Positions 41,346 to 53,781 are shown, counted from the whole stretch's first letter. The stretch: DNA of 60,561 nt, filler included, from Globobulimina sp. (GCA_003354225.1; 9 parts of 9 records of this genome joined end to end with filler, not necessarily neighbours in it); one strand, 5' to 3'. The notes: generated by a model not told the origin, from the letters alone. Translations and numbers: made by a program.

Positions 41346-44300
41346 TTATTTGTTTGACAAACACTGTCTCGCAACACCGGTAATAGCATCAATCAGCATA
41401 AACTCCGCACAATATATAGCACATGTAATCCTATCATTTGATTGTGTTTCCAAAGCAATCAAAACATCAGAATCATCCGCCAACAAATACGCCGCAAAAT
41501 ATCTCTGTTTATTGATATCAAACTTATGTTTATTTGCGCCGGAATTTACAATCCCCACATTAAATGATTTCAAAACACTGTTTGCCGCTTCCTCAATAGA
41601 CTTCATCTCACAATTTAAGTTCCTTTCGTTCATAGCACCGCTCTGTTCTTTTTTTTTAATAAAATCATCCACCGAATACGACACATTCGGCCTCATTAAC
41701 TCGCCGGGAATCCCTTTGATTTTCGCAGTGTGCCGTTTCTTATTCGTGCCTTGTTCCACATTGATATCAAACCTCATTTCCGATGTTTTGCCAAACTGCA
41801 CATGAATTAAATCAATCTTTTTCTGCCCGGGACTCAATTCATTAATGCCACCATCAAATATGTCATGGTAATCTTGCTGTGACTTATCCAAATTGTGCGG
41901 ACACAGCGATATCCCTTTCATGACATTGTCCCACCGATTCATAAATATTAACTTAATTTGATTGAAACGGACGCCATATCGCGAGGCTTGCCGCACAAAT
42001 TCGTACTCGATTTGCAAGCCTTGCGTATGAGTATGGTTTAATAGTTCCCCTTTAAAGCCAACAAAATCTTTCTCAGACTTCATCAGTGTCTCTGCAGAGG
42101 CTCCAAACAATATATCCTCACTCATATCAGTCACTGAATTGCTCGTAACAGTGGAGGTGCCCATAACAGATGAAAATAGATCACTTAATTGATCCGCTCG
42201 CTGCTTCTCTTTCTGTTTAATAGTGATCGTGTCCAATGCGTCCAATTTCTTTTCAGCGTCGTCCAGTTTTATATCTTTTATTTCCGCAGAGTCGCGATCG
42301 GAGTCCGTGTCACTGGCAAAATCATCAGAGCCTAAGCTATCACTTTCACTCTCTTCCTCGGACGAGGACTGTTTCTTTTTTTTAGCCTTACTTTTCTTCT
42401 TTGATTTTTTGCTTTTCTTTTCTGGTTCGGCAGTATCTTTTTTTTTGCTCTTCTTTTTGGATTTTTTCTTTGATTTTGTATCTGGATCCACAGCGTCGGC
42501 CGCTTGGGTTTTGGGCTTAGGATCAGTCTGTCCGCCACCTAACAAATCAAACATATCGAACGTAGCATTACTATGCGTATTCGCATTCGCATTGTCATCA
42601 TGCAATGGTACCATTACTGTAGCGACTTGCGCGGGTTTTGATTTTGCGGAAATATCACCGAACAAATCACCCAATAAATCACTTGGCTGTGGTTTCTCTT
42701 TCTGTCTATCCTTCACTTCACTGTCGCCTTCATTCTTTTTCTCCTTTTTATTTTTCTTTTTCTTGGCCTTTTTGCCCTTCTTTGCACTCACAATCTTGAC
42801 AAGTTCCTCACTCTCACTCTCATCCTCGGAACTGCCATCGCTCAGATCCTCAGAACTGGCGTCCTTAACCTTCAGCACCTTTACCTTCTTCTTATCCACT
42901 TCTGTCTTCTTATCCTTGTCCTCCTTTTTCTTATTACCCGCAGTCGCAGACACAAACAACTCCGCCACTTCCAATTCCTCACTCGAACTCTCTTCCTCTT
43001 CCACCGGTTCCTCCTCTTCCTCTTCCTCCTCACTCTCATCCTCCTCCTCCTCACTCGAACTCTGTGGCTTGCGCCTCTTCGATTTCTTATCCACTTTCTT
43101 CGCAGCCGCAGCTTTCTGAACTTCCACCTCCGACTCACTCTCACTCTCACTCTCATCCTCCGACTCGCTTTCACTCTCACTCTCGCTCTCAGAATCATCA
43201 CTATCTGAATCCGAATCTGACTCCGAATCAGAGTCTGAGTCATCACTATCACTGCCACTGTCACTCTCGCTCTCTGACTCATCGCTATCCGAATCACTGT
43301 CACTGCCATCAGTGTCCGACGACGTAAACTCCTCAATAGAGTCGTCAAAAAAGCCCAGTCCGCTCTTATCCTTGTCTTTGCCGCGCGGCGTGCCCGATTT
43401 CCACAGCTTATCACTCATCGTATTATCGACCGGCGTGCGCTTCTCGTGATTATCCGGCGGAATCTCTGGGAAAGCCTCCAAACTCTGATAATTGTCACCG
43501 GCGGAATGCAGCACCATATGCGACAATGTGTTCATTACAAAGCGGTCGCGGTCCTGGAACGGCGACACGATTTCCGGCAACTTCTTCTCCGACAAGAACA
43601 TTTCTTGCATTTTCGTCCGTAATTCGCGCTGCATTTCAGCGTCAATCTCGGCAGTGTTTTTGGCCGATTTCTTCTTCTTTTTCTGGAAGAATATGCACCG
43701 AACCAGCCGCGCGCGATCGCGTAGGTCGTAGTTTTGGTCATATTTGCAGAGATCTAAGATGTATTTGAATAATAAAATCACTTTCTTAGGGTCGGCGAGG
43801 TACACTTTCACGGCGAGGTTAAGTATCTGCATTTTCACCTCGTTGGCCTCATGGATGAATTTCTTGGCTAAAATGCGCAGAGCGTCTGGTACGTAGTCGC
43901 TTATATACTGACGGTATTCGCCAATGATCCAAACAATGGCACAGCGGGCCTGCGGCACGTTGGTTTTTTGCAACAAGCGGAGGAGTTTAAGCATGGATTT
44001 CTCGTAATGGCTGGGATTGCGTTGGATGATTTGCCGGATGACGATGACGGAGGAGGCCACGACGTCGGGTGACTGGTTGGAGGGCGACAGCAACGACATT
44101 AAGGAATGCATGGTTTTTTCCGCGACGTCGGGGATCATGGAACTGCAGCGGCCCATGGCTTCAATGGTGGAGCAACGGAATGAAATGTCCGAATCTTTGG
44201 CGTATGCCTCGAACTCACGCAATATAGGACCTTTATGCATATTTCTATAGTGAAGGAAAGCAAAAACGTTTTCGTTATAGAATTGAAAATATAACAGTAC

Positions 44301-45580
44301 CGATATTGCCTTCTGTAGCGATTTTGGACAAAATATCTAACTTTAATTCTTTGATGAAGCCGGCTTCAATGGGTTTGATATAGAAATCTTTGTAAAAGCC
44401 GGCGAATAAATCACTGCGCGCCGAGGCCATCGTGGATATATTGGCCAATATACAATATGTCAGTTCCCGTTTGCTGAAGTTTACAAACTGTACAAGTGCA
44501 CGGATTGACTCCATACAGTCATTTTTTGGCGCGCAATAAAACAACAATGTCACCACAGATAACACGACCGATGAGTTCATGGAATATACCAAGTTCTTAC
44601 ACGAATCAATCAGTAGTTTATGGTCAGAATCCAATTCAATAAAATCATCCGCGCCATCATTGGCTAACAAGTCAACATCGTCATCCTCGCTTTTCTCATC
44701 GTCATCGTCTGTTTTTTGCTCTTCTTTGAGAAAGGGAGACTTAAACTGATTCCTGCTGTATCTGAGCAACATTTGTAAGGCCACAACCTGTCCATATTCG
44801 TCCATGTCCGCCAATAGATGGCAGATTTTGCGGTAATTGAGATGGATTAAGTCGAATTGGTTGGGACAGAGCATGTTAAACGCGTACAATGCACCGGATA
44901 GTACATAGACGTTATCGTCAGCCAACAACGTGGTTAACATAGCAATGAGCTCCACTTTCCATTTGCTGTCCAGTTTACACACTGAGGGCAAGACTTGGGC
45001 CGCCGTGCGGCGTACATAAGCACTCGAGTCTTTGACTGCGTTTTTCAACGCCAAGATGATTAAATGTGTGACGGAGTTGACGCGCATACAAGACATTGCA
45101 TGCAAAGCTTTGGCGCGCACCAAGGGATTGGGAGAGGCCATGTCTTTCTGGAAGGAGGAGATGGATAACAAGGCGAGGTTGGGATTGGTGGAGGCGTAGT
45201 GGATGACGTACATATAAACCAATTTCTTGATTTCCATGGATTCGACCACTACATTTTTGACTACGGAGGGGAATAATTCAGAGACATCGCGGCCTAATGT
45301 CATCATCTGTTATTATATGGTCATCCTTGCACTGCCGGTGGAGAATGGGCTGTATATATTTAACTGCAATCAGTGTTTTCATAGCATCCAATTTTTGTTT
45401 CTCTGATTTGTTTTCTAATTTCTCACGCAACGCATCGAACTTCCCTTTGCCTTCTTGGAAGTGTTTGGCGTCGCCTACTAAACTGATGGAGCTCATCATG
45501 TTTTTTAAATTGCCCATTGAGGACTCGATTTGACGGCCCATTTGTTTCACTTTGCGTGAGGCTGTCTCTACGGTGTCCAT
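41346..45580 (-). CDS. AP3B: AP-3 adaptor complex beta subunit, 3 exons
   Basis: Introns 45307-45364 and 44231-44300. KLDAMKTLIAMMTLGRDVSELFPSVVKNV, ALLSISSFQKD, KYDQNYDLRDRAR, long Ser/Asp/Glu hinge, C-terminal ear domain. Confidence 0.95.
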
Positions 45581-45646
45581 GATGGTATTTTAAATGTGAT
45601 AAATTCTAAAAAAACTGTAAGTATTACTCAGCTAGCTATAATAGCT

Positions 45647-47115
45647 ATGAATGAGGCAGACAATAATTCCTTAGCCACTATAGATTGGGAATACGCTCAT
45701 TTAGCATCAGACGATAAACCAGGCCCAAATGGACGACATGGTTTTTTTTTAGGATCGCAAGTTCATTTTAAATTATCCCAAAATGGCATCGATTCTGGCG
45801 CCCAATTAATAGCAATCGGTGACTCCAACGTCGACACATGGGAATATTCAGCAATTAAATCATATTTAGATCAATTTTTAAGAGATGATGACGGTCCGCC
45901 TCAAAGGAATTTATTATTCAAAAATAACCCATCTGATACGAACAAAAAACAAGCAGTCAAAGCACAAAGTAATGAGAAAAATGCTCAAAAGTATCCAAGC
46001 AATCTAAATAATAATATCCAATCAGTTATAATTGCTTTTTGTACATTTACAGCCACATTTAAACGCATTTCTTTTTATTTTACAGTCACCAAATCAGTCC
46101 AAAGACCCCCAACAATCCAAACCTTATTCGAATGATGTTCGCAATACAAATTCACAAAAAACGTATCAAGAAGATAGCAATTTAAATTACAATAAAAACA
46201 AAAATAACAATCCGAGCAACACTAACAACAATAACAAGAATCCCAATGCCAATGATGATGATAATGGCATGAAACAGCTCAGTTATACTGATTACAAAAA
46301 ACAAAATGCCATGAAACAAAATAATAACATCAAGGATAATAATTATAATGTACCTCGCGACCGAGACCGTGACCGTGACCGTGACCGTGGGAGTCCAAAT
46401 AGAACATATAATAACAACAAAGATAATAATTATGATGCGCATGATGATAATAATATGTTTGGTTCAGGCAGACAACAATCGTATAATCGCGATCGATACG
46501 GATATGATAATAGAAATAGAAGTGGTAACACTGGGTACAGTGGCTATGGTGGCTATGGCGGTGGCGGTGGCTATAGATCCTATAACAGAGATAGTAGAGA
46601 TAATAAATATAAATCATATGATAATTCATAGAGAGGAAGCGGTGGCGGCGGCGGTGGTGGATATGGTAATAGTTCATACAGAGGCGGTGGCGGCGGAGGT
46701 GGTTATAATTCATCTCGAGGGGGTAGAGGGCGTGGTGGATATGGTTCATATCGAGGTGGCGGTTATAGAGGCGGTGGAGGTGGAGGTGGAAGTGGCGGCT
46801 ATTCATCATATAAATTTCGACAAAGTAATGATAATTCGCCAGCAAAATCATTTGATAGCAATAAAAGTACCATTACCACTGAGATATTACAGCAGATTTT
46901 GAATGAATTCTCATATCCAGTTAATATTTATTGTTCTGATGTGATATGACATGATATATACACAACACATACAGACCAAATCGAGTTATAATCCAAGGGA
47001 TATTGTCTGGGTACAAGGACATGATAAAAAATGGCGTATTTGTGTGGTGAAATATGTATTAAACGACACTGAATTAATAGTTCGTCCATTTGGTAAAAGT
47101 GAGATGCACGAAATC
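45647..47115 (+). CDS. Asn-rich and RGG/YGG-rich protein with a Tudor/PWWP-like C-terminal domain; one in-frame TAG; 3'-truncated
   Basis: In-frame introns 46025-46085 and 46920-46974. The RGG tract continues in frame after TAG 46629-46631. Last exon reads YNPRDIVWVQGHDKKWRICVV. Confidence 0.6.
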
Positions 47116-47215
47116 NNNNNNNNNNNNNNNNNNNNNNNNNNNNNNNNNNNNNNNNNNNNTTAATTAATTAANNNNNNNNNNNNNNNNNNNNNNNNNNNNN
47201 NNNNNNNNNNNNNNN
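47116..47215. other. Artificial contig linker
   Basis: 44N-TTAATTAATTAA-44N. Confidence 0.99.
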
Positions 47216-47317
47216 GACTAGGTAATATGGTTATTGGTCTGCACAACATTTGAAGAAAATCACAACACGTTCTTTATATATACACGAACAAAAATATACA
47301 AAAGCATATATATCTCA

Positions 47318-48121
47318 TTAATTATTTGTTAATGGAGCATAATATGTTATTTTCCCATTATCCACCATTTGGTTTTGCTGGTTTTGTTGATTATAATTTA
47401 TTCCATGGTTAATTTGGTTTTGTTGGTTCAGATTTAGTTGATTTTGTTGATTTTGCTGTTGTAATAAAAGCTGATCATTCCCATAAACCACTGATTGATA
47501 AATGGCCACATCATTTTTGCGATATTTGTGATTTTGCGGCTGCTTTGTAACATAACTCGAACTGCCTTGGCTGCCGGGCTCGATAACCTCAACTTTTTCA
47601 TCTTGGTCATCATCGTTTTTATTTTCCGTTTTGATCATACTTTTTTTAATGGTTTGTTTATCAGCATTCGTTTCAAATTTTGACAATTTCTTTGTTAAAA
47701 CAATATCTTTTAAATGTTTTTGTTGTGAATAAACCACAGCTAATTTACTCGCTGCATGTTGAAAAAATACATCTTTTAATAATTGAGCAATTTGATCTTT
47801 TTGTTTTGAAATGAAATGATAATCATACTCTGAGGGAATATGGATCACAAATTCCGGACTTGAAGCACTTAGTGTTAACATGCCAATATCTGCAATTTCA
47901 ATTCGTCGTTGACTGTTCTTATATTGGTTCTTTTTGAAATTATAAATGGCGGACTGAGTTATCATCATCACTCGCATTTGTTTCTTGCCTTTTGCGTTTA
48001 TTTTTTTTATTTCACCTGAAAATATCACGTTTTCGTTCGATAGACCCTCTGCCTCAAATGTTTGGCGAACATCTTCGTTTTCATTCAGATCTAATGTGTC
48101 TGTTAGGGAATAATTAGACAT
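47318..48121 (-). CDS. Stand-alone myosin-I tail homology 1 (TH1, PH-like) domain protein with a Q/N-rich tail
   Basis: ENVIFSGEIKKINAKGKKQMRVMMITQSAIYNF...RRIEIADIGMLTLS...EFVIHIPSEYDY. Confidence 0.8.
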   Translation of the reverse strand: MSNYSLTDTLDLNENEDVRQTFEAEGLSNENVIFSGEIKKINAKGKKQMRVMMITQSAIYNFKKNQYKNSQRRIEIADIGMLTLSASSPEFVIHIPSEYDYHFISKQKDQIAQLLKDVFFQHAASKLAVVYSQQKHLKDIVLTKKLSKFETNADKQTIKKSMIKTENKNDDDQDEKVEVIEPGSQGSSSYVTKQPQNHKYRKNDVAIYQSVVYGNDQLLLQQQNQQNQLNLNQQNQINHGINYNQQNQQNQMVDNGKITYYAPLTNN

Positions 48122-48297
48122 TATTGGAAAGCACTACTAGTATATAAAAAAAAACTTTACAATATAAAGCATCAAAAAACTACAGAAACTAACCAAGAAC
48201 GGTTTGTGTTTAGTTTGGGCGGAAAAAAGCTTGTTTTAAAATTAATCGATCAGTTTACTTTTTTTTTGATTTAAATAAATACATTTTATTTTGATAT

Positions 48298-50211
48298 TTA
48301 GCATCTTTGTGGATATATATGTTTTTGCAATTTATATTTATCCAATGCTTTAAAGAACTCATCAACGTCGATTTCACCGGAATTATCAACATCGAAATAC
48401 TTAAATATTGCTTTTAATTGATACGGATTTACATTCCAACCATATTTGGAACATAATGATTTCATTTCCGATGGACTAATAAATCTGTCTTTATCTTCAT
48501 CGATAAATCGAAATGTTTTTGTATGATTAACTGATCGATCCCATAATTTATCAGCCAATCCTTTTAATATTGTTTCTGGAGAATCTCTGGTGAATACATC
48601 AATATTATCATTCATAATGGCTGTGGTTTGCTTATCCGTTTCTATCAAATCAAAACGAAAACCATTAATCAATAAAGTGGCGCCAACATAAAAATCTTCG
48701 GCATGAAACCATTTGGCGCCGTTTCCATGATTTTTTAATTTGGTTCGTTCTAAAAATTTGCCAGAAACAATTCCGGAATTTCGTAATGGCCGTTCATATA
48801 TTTTTACTGTAGCGTCGGTCAAAAAAAATTCAATCACAAATCTTCTTTCATAATTTTCAAATTGAGTATGTTTCTCATTTAATTTGGCTAAAAACCTTAA
48901 ACAACATCCATCGTATTTCGTTAATTTGTGATGATCTTTTACCGGAGGTTTGGGGACCAATGATTTCCATGAACCTAAACTGTCCTCTTCTGTTCCAAAA
49001 CCATTATATGGCGGAACCTCTCTTTCTTGCTTATTTATTGCATCATTTGCATTTTCTTTCTTTTTTATTACAATTTCTTCAAAATCACACTCTTTTAAAT
49101 GATGTATTTGTTTATAAAATTCTTTCGTATATTTATCACACGAAGTTAATAAAACTTGTCTGCCATAAACATTTAAATAACCACCAATCCGTAAATCTGA
49201 ATGATTGTAATAATCATTATTTTTGGCAGATTTATCATGTTTAATACCAATAATACAACCCGCTGGAATATAGATTTTGGGCAAATTCTCTCTTTTCAAT
49301 GTCATTATTAATTTTTCACCTTTTTTATCATTCTCATCATACTGTAACACTTGGATTGTGTCATCGGATAAAAAATATAATATTACATAATATTTGGTGG
49401 TACCACCCCATGAGTTATCTACCCAACAACCATTAAATCGCAATACTTTGCCATCATTTGCCAAATATTTTTTCGATTTTGCCAATCTTTCCGAGGATAT
49501 TCGACCTAAAATCGCTTCAACATAAGATTTTACATCGGACGATTCATTGGCTGATAATTGGCAAAGTCGCTCTCTTTTCTCTAAATGGCGAATATAATCA
49601 TCTTTGGGATATGGCAATGCTTTATGTAATGCAATATTATGTGTCTCTGCATAATATTTTCTTGTTGCGACATCTGCATCGATTATATGAAATTTTCGAT
49701 TATAAATTTCTAATTCTCCACCAACTAAAAAATTTAAATAATTAAACCAACCGTTTTTACCATTTGGTATTTTTTGTCTTTTTAAAAATCTCGATTGAGG
49801 AATACCGGAATTTTCTTTACGAATTTCATCGATTGTCACAGTATCATCTTCTAAGAAATAATAAATTATACATTTTCTAACTCTTTCATTTTCAATGGGT
49901 GAATTAAATACATTTTCCGTGAAAAATGAATAAAATCTTAATACTTTTCGATCAAAGAGAACCCATTTTTGTAATACATTCATTGCTAATTTATTATTTG
50001 TATTTGCATTTTCTTTATCTTGTGCATCAATTTGTGTTTTTGATATTATTTTATTTTCCAATTCTTTTGGTGATAACTTTGTTGTTTCAATATCTGTCAC
50101 TGGCACATTATTGACAATATCAAATAAATGTGATTTATGAAATCTATTTCTTGTCTCTACGGACACTCTGAATCCTGGAATATTTGGTAAATCCGACTGA
50201 TTCAAATTCAT
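48298..50211 (-). CDS. EFHC1: EFHC1/RIB72-family protein (three DM10 domains plus EF-hands)
   Basis: DRKVLRFY...YFLEDDT...ENSGIPQ, GKVLRF, PPYNGFGTEEDSL, RNSGIVSGKFLER; EF loops DEDKDRFISPSE and DVDNSGEIDVDEF. Confidence 0.93.
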   Translation of the reverse strand: MNLNQSDLPNIPGFRVSVETRNRFHKSHLFDIVNNVPVTDIETTKLSPKELENKIISKTQIDAQDKENANTNNKLAMNVLQKWVLFDRKVLRFYSFFTENVFNSPIENERVRKCIIYYFLEDDTVTIDEIRKENSGIPQSRFLKRQKIPNGKNGWFNYLNFLVGGELEIYNRKFHIIDADVATRKYYAETHNIALHKALPYPKDDYIRHLEKRERLCQLSANESSDVKSYVEAILGRISSERLAKSKKYLANDGKVLRFNGCWVDNSWGGTTKYYVILYFLSDDTIQVLQYDENDKKGEKLIMTLKRENLPKIYIPAGCIIGIKHDKSAKNNDYYNHSDLRIGGYLNVYGRQVLLTSCDKYTKEFYKQIHHLKECDFEEIVIKKKENANDAINKQEREVPPYNGFGTEEDSLGSWKSLVPKPPVKDHHKLTKYDGCCLRFLAKLNEKHTQFENYERRFVIEFFLTDATVKIYERPLRNSGIVSGKFLERTKLKNHGNGAKWFHAEDFYVGATLLINGFRFDLIETDKQTTAIMNDNIDVFTRDSPETILKGLADKLWDRSVNHTKTFRFIDEDKDRFISPSEMKSLCSKYGWNVNPYQLKAIFKYFDVDNSGEIDVDEFFKALDKYKLQKHIYPQRC

Positions 50212-50458
50212 TCTTTCGGTTTGTTGTTTAATTAATTTTGTTTTTATAGATTAGATTATGATTCTGTTTTGACGTGACATTGGTAATAAGATGGAATTGC
50301 GAAAATATAAGCTAAGCATGGTAATAATGCATGAAAATGAATTAATTTGATCCATAAATAACATGAAAACAATATACAATTATTAATAATTGACAATAGC
50401 GAATCATTCTGTACAATTATTAATGAATAAGAGCACATTGCCACTAAAGTGAATTTGC

Positions 50459-50494
50459 TGTGCTGAGTGATGTGCTGAGTGCTGTGCTGAGTGC
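50459..50494. repeat. Three 12-bp tandem repeats (tgtgctgagtg-a/c) in the divergent EFHC1-PPR intergenic region
   Basis: tgtgctgagtga tgtgctgagtgc tgtgctgagtgc. Confidence 0.6.
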
Positions 50495-50544
50495 TATGCT
50501 CTGTATGTAAGGGTTGATACAGTTAAAAAACTTCATCTTAAATA

Positions 50545-53500
50545 ATGCATCAAAAAAAGATGTTACCATCAAAATTAAACAGGAAATTATCCAATTCTGA
50601 TGCCACTAAATTACTAAAAGAACTTTACTCAGCCAATCAAAATAAAATACCATCATCAAATATTGCACAAAATGCATTTGAAATCTATGACAATATTTAT
50701 GAACCGAAAAATAAATATGTTATCAACACATTATTAAAAGTTTTGTTTGAGTGCAAACAATCTCATCAAATAGAAAATATTTGGAAAGATATGGAACAAA
50801 TTCATAATATTTCATACATATTATTGCTAAAAGCATGCGTTCACTCGAAACACATCAACATTTATCATTGCATTCAAGTTTTAAAATGGATAAAAGAGTG
50901 TAATTATAAGCTGAAACACTATGAAATGGCGGATTTCTCCATCAATGTTTCTAAATTAATATCATTTGCAGCTACAAATCCAAAACAATTGAATGAAATC
51001 TATGCGATGATGAGTGAGACACATGACATATTTATAAAAACGGCATTAATTAATTCTTTTGGAAAAATCCGTCAAATTCAGAAAGCAGAAATAATATTTG
51101 ATTCCATTCCGAATAATCAACGTAATGTCATCACCATCAATACGATGCTAACTGCATTGAACCACAACCAACAATTCCAACACGCACTGACATTCTATGA
51201 CAAATATAACGAATTGAAACAAACGGATAATACATCAAACTTATTGGCGATTAAAGCGTGCTTAAAAATGAATGATGAGATGCATTACAAGAAAGGAATG
51301 GATATTGATAAGAATAAAGGAAAAGAGACAAGCATGGAATTAAGGAATACATTGATTGAGTTTTATGGCAATTTTAAAGATATGGACAATGCATTTAAAG
51401 TGTTTCACGAAATGGACGAGAATGAAAAGGATATGTTTGCAGTGAGCAATATGATGAAAGCAATGATTAGAAATGATTTGAATGGGCAATCCTTATTATT
51501 ATATGACAAATATTGTGAATTAAATGACAATGTCTCCCATTTACTGGCATTGCAAGCATGTATCAATGCAAATGATTTGGTGAAAGGCAAACAAATTCAT
51601 TCGAATATTTTATCACAAAATAAAAGCAATATTAATAACATTGCAATTGAAACATTAAATCAATTGATTATTTTTTACGGCCATTTTGGTGATGTTTTGC
51701 AAGCCGTAAAAATATTTAAATCTGTGCACAAAAAGAAAAAGAATGTGATAAGTTATGGTGTAATGATGAAGGTTTTTATTGATAATAATATGAATGAACA
51801 AACATTGTTATTATACGACGAGATTGCAGCCATATCATCGCTGACCAATAACATTACCGATTTATTAGTGATAAAAGCCTCAATAAATAGCAATAATTTT
51901 GAGAAAGGACATGAAATATTAAATAAATATGATAATAATAAACAATTTAATATATTTACACTCGAACTCAAATGTATTTCTATTGACTTTTATGGCCATT
52001 TTGGTGATATCTCGAATGCACAAAAAATATTTGATTCTATCGGCGCGTCACAGAAAGATGTGATTTGTATTGGTTGTCTGATGAAAGCATATCAAAATAA
52101 TAATTATCATCAACACGCCTTACAAATATATGATGCATTCAAATATTTACATAATGATATTCTTCATTTACAAGCAATTAATTCCTGCATAAAAAGCAAT
52201 AATTTCCAGAAAGGACTAGAGATTCAATTAAATATTGGTTGCAATGAAAATATTAAAATAAAGAGCGCATTTCTGGATTTTTATGGCCATTTTGGTGATG
52301 TTTCGCAAGCCATGAAAATATTCGATGCCATATTAGTAACAAGAAACATTAACATTGTTTGTCTCAATTCGATGATGACTGTGTTTAATAACAATCACAA
52401 ATATAAACAGACATTGTTGTTGTATGATAAATACGAATTTGATTTTTTAAATGATATCTCACATATTATAGCCATCAAAGCTTGTATGCACACAAATAAT
52501 GCAAGGAAATGGAAGGAGATCCAATCAAAACTGAGCATGCTAAACAATAAAGAATATAATATCGAATTAAATAATGTTTTGATTGATTGTAATGGATATT
52601 TTGGAGAGATTGAGAATGCATTGGATATATTTCAGAGTATTAATGATAAAATAAGGGACAAAGTGAGTATTAATTCGATAATGAATGTATTGATTGATGC
52701 AAATATGAATGAAAAAGCATTGCAAATCTATCAGAAATATAACAATTTACATGATAATATCTCCAATGTTTTAGCCATAAAATCTTGTATCAATTTACAA
52801 AATTATCAATATGCAAAAGAGATACATTCGAAATTAAAATGTGATGAAGAGAATGATAATAATATGCATTTGCAATGTGTCTTAATTGATTTATATGGAA
52901 ATTGCGGAGATATGGAGAGTGCCACAAATATATTTAATAAAATAAAAGAAAGTAATAAATTGAATATAATTTGTATTAATTGCATGTTGTCTGCCTATTG
53001 TGATAATAATTTAGATTTGCAATGCATTCAATTATTTAACAATATACAAACTATTAATAATTTACAATTACAATTGCAAGCAGATGGTATATCCTTTGCC
53101 ATTGCGTTCAAAGCCTGCAGCAATTCATCATTTATTGAAATCGGAGAAAATATACATCAGCAATTAAAAATAAATGAAAATCAGAAACATTTGTTACATG
53201 ATTTGAGCATAAATGTGCATTTAATAAATATGTATTCCACCTTTGGAATGTTGAATAAATGCAAAGAAATATTCGATGAATATAAGACAGCTGCGGATGA
53301 TGATGATATTTGTATTTACAATGCAATGATAAATGCGTATGGCCTGAATAGTGATATAATATCAGCCAAAGAGATTTATAACAAATTAAAAATCGAAGTT
53401 GGATTAACACCAAATTTAAGTACATTTATATTATTATTGAATGGGTGCAGTCATTGCGGTGATATGGAGACAGCAATGCAAATCTATGAAAATGAAATGG

Positions 53501-53781
53501 ATTCTGATGATATGAAATATGATGAATATGTGGTAACAAATATTATTGACTGTTATTCGAGGAATGGTTTATTAATGAAAGCATATCAATTAATATTAAA
53601 ATACGAACAATTTACAAATAATGCCAATACACAAATAATGTGGACCTCATTGTTAAGCGGTTGCAAAAAATATGAAAATAAATCAATGGCAATCACCATT
53701 TATAATGAAATGAGCAAACGATTTGATAATATTACAGATAAAAACAGTGCAACCTCGATTTTATTATCAAATCTCTTGTAA
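50545..53781 (+). CDS. Pentatricopeptide-repeat protein, PLS-like triplet array ending in an E-like motif, no DYW domain
   Basis: Eight (L/I)xxFYGxFGDxxxAxxIF-type motifs alternate with P- and L-type motifs. End: TFILLLNGCSHCG, IIDCYSRNGLL, WTSLLSGC, ILLSNL. Confidence 0.9.
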   Translation: MHQKKMLPSKLNRKLSNSDATKLLKELYSANQNKIPSSNIAQNAFEIYDNIYEPKNKYVINTLLKVLFECKQSHQIENIWKDMEQIHNISYILLLKACVHSKHINIYHCIQVLKWIKECNYKLKHYEMADFSINVSKLISFAATNPKQLNEIYAMMSETHDIFIKTALINSFGKIRQIQKAEIIFDSIPNNQRNVITINTMLTALNHNQQFQHALTFYDKYNELKQTDNTSNLLAIKACLKMNDEMHYKKGMDIDKNKGKETSMELRNTLIEFYGNFKDMDNAFKVFHEMDENEKDMFAVSNMMKAMIRNDLNGQSLLLYDKYCELNDNVSHLLALQACINANDLVKGKQIHSNILSQNKSNINNIAIETLNQLIIFYGHFGDVLQAVKIFKSVHKKKKNVISYGVMMKVFIDNNMNEQTLLLYDEIAAISSLTNNITDLLVIKASINSNNFEKGHEILNKYDNNKQFNIFTLELKCISIDFYGHFGDISNAQKIFDSIGASQKDVICIGCLMKAYQNNNYHQHALQIYDAFKYLHNDILHLQAINSCIKSNNFQKGLEIQLNIGCNENIKIKSAFLDFYGHFGDVSQAMKIFDAILVTRNINIVCLNSMMTVFNNNHKYKQTLLLYDKYEFDFLNDISHIIAIKACMHTNNARKWKEIQSKLSMLNNKEYNIELNNVLIDCNGYFGEIENALDIFQSINDKIRDKVSINSIMNVLIDANMNEKALQIYQKYNNLHDNISNVLAIKSCINLQNYQYAKEIHSKLKCDEENDNNMHLQCVLIDLYGNCGDMESATNIFNKIKESNKLNIICINCMLSAYCDNNLDLQCIQLFNNIQTINNLQLQLQADGISFAIAFKACSNSSFIEIGENIHQQLKINENQKHLLHDLSINVHLINMYSTFGMLNKCKEIFDEYKTAADDDDICIYNAMINAYGLNSDIISAKEIYNKLKIEVGLTPNLSTFILLLNGCSHCGDMETAMQIYENEMDSDDMKYDEYVVTNIIDCYSRNGLLMKAYQLILKYEQFTNNANTQIMWTSLLSGCKKYENKSMAITIYNEMSKRFDNITDKNSATSILLSNLL

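Noticed and set aside
42223-43414. Long alternative-frame and antisense ORFs inside AP-3 beta
   Set aside because: By-products of the low-complexity Ser/Asp/Glu/Lys hinge.
43300-45300. Higher-GC stretch as foreign DNA
   Set aside because: It is the conserved trunk of the intron-containing eukaryotic AP-3 beta gene; codon bias is sufficient explanation.
46330-46902. His-rich and Val/Ala-rich ORFs
   Set aside because: Alternative frames of the RGG/YGG coding tract.
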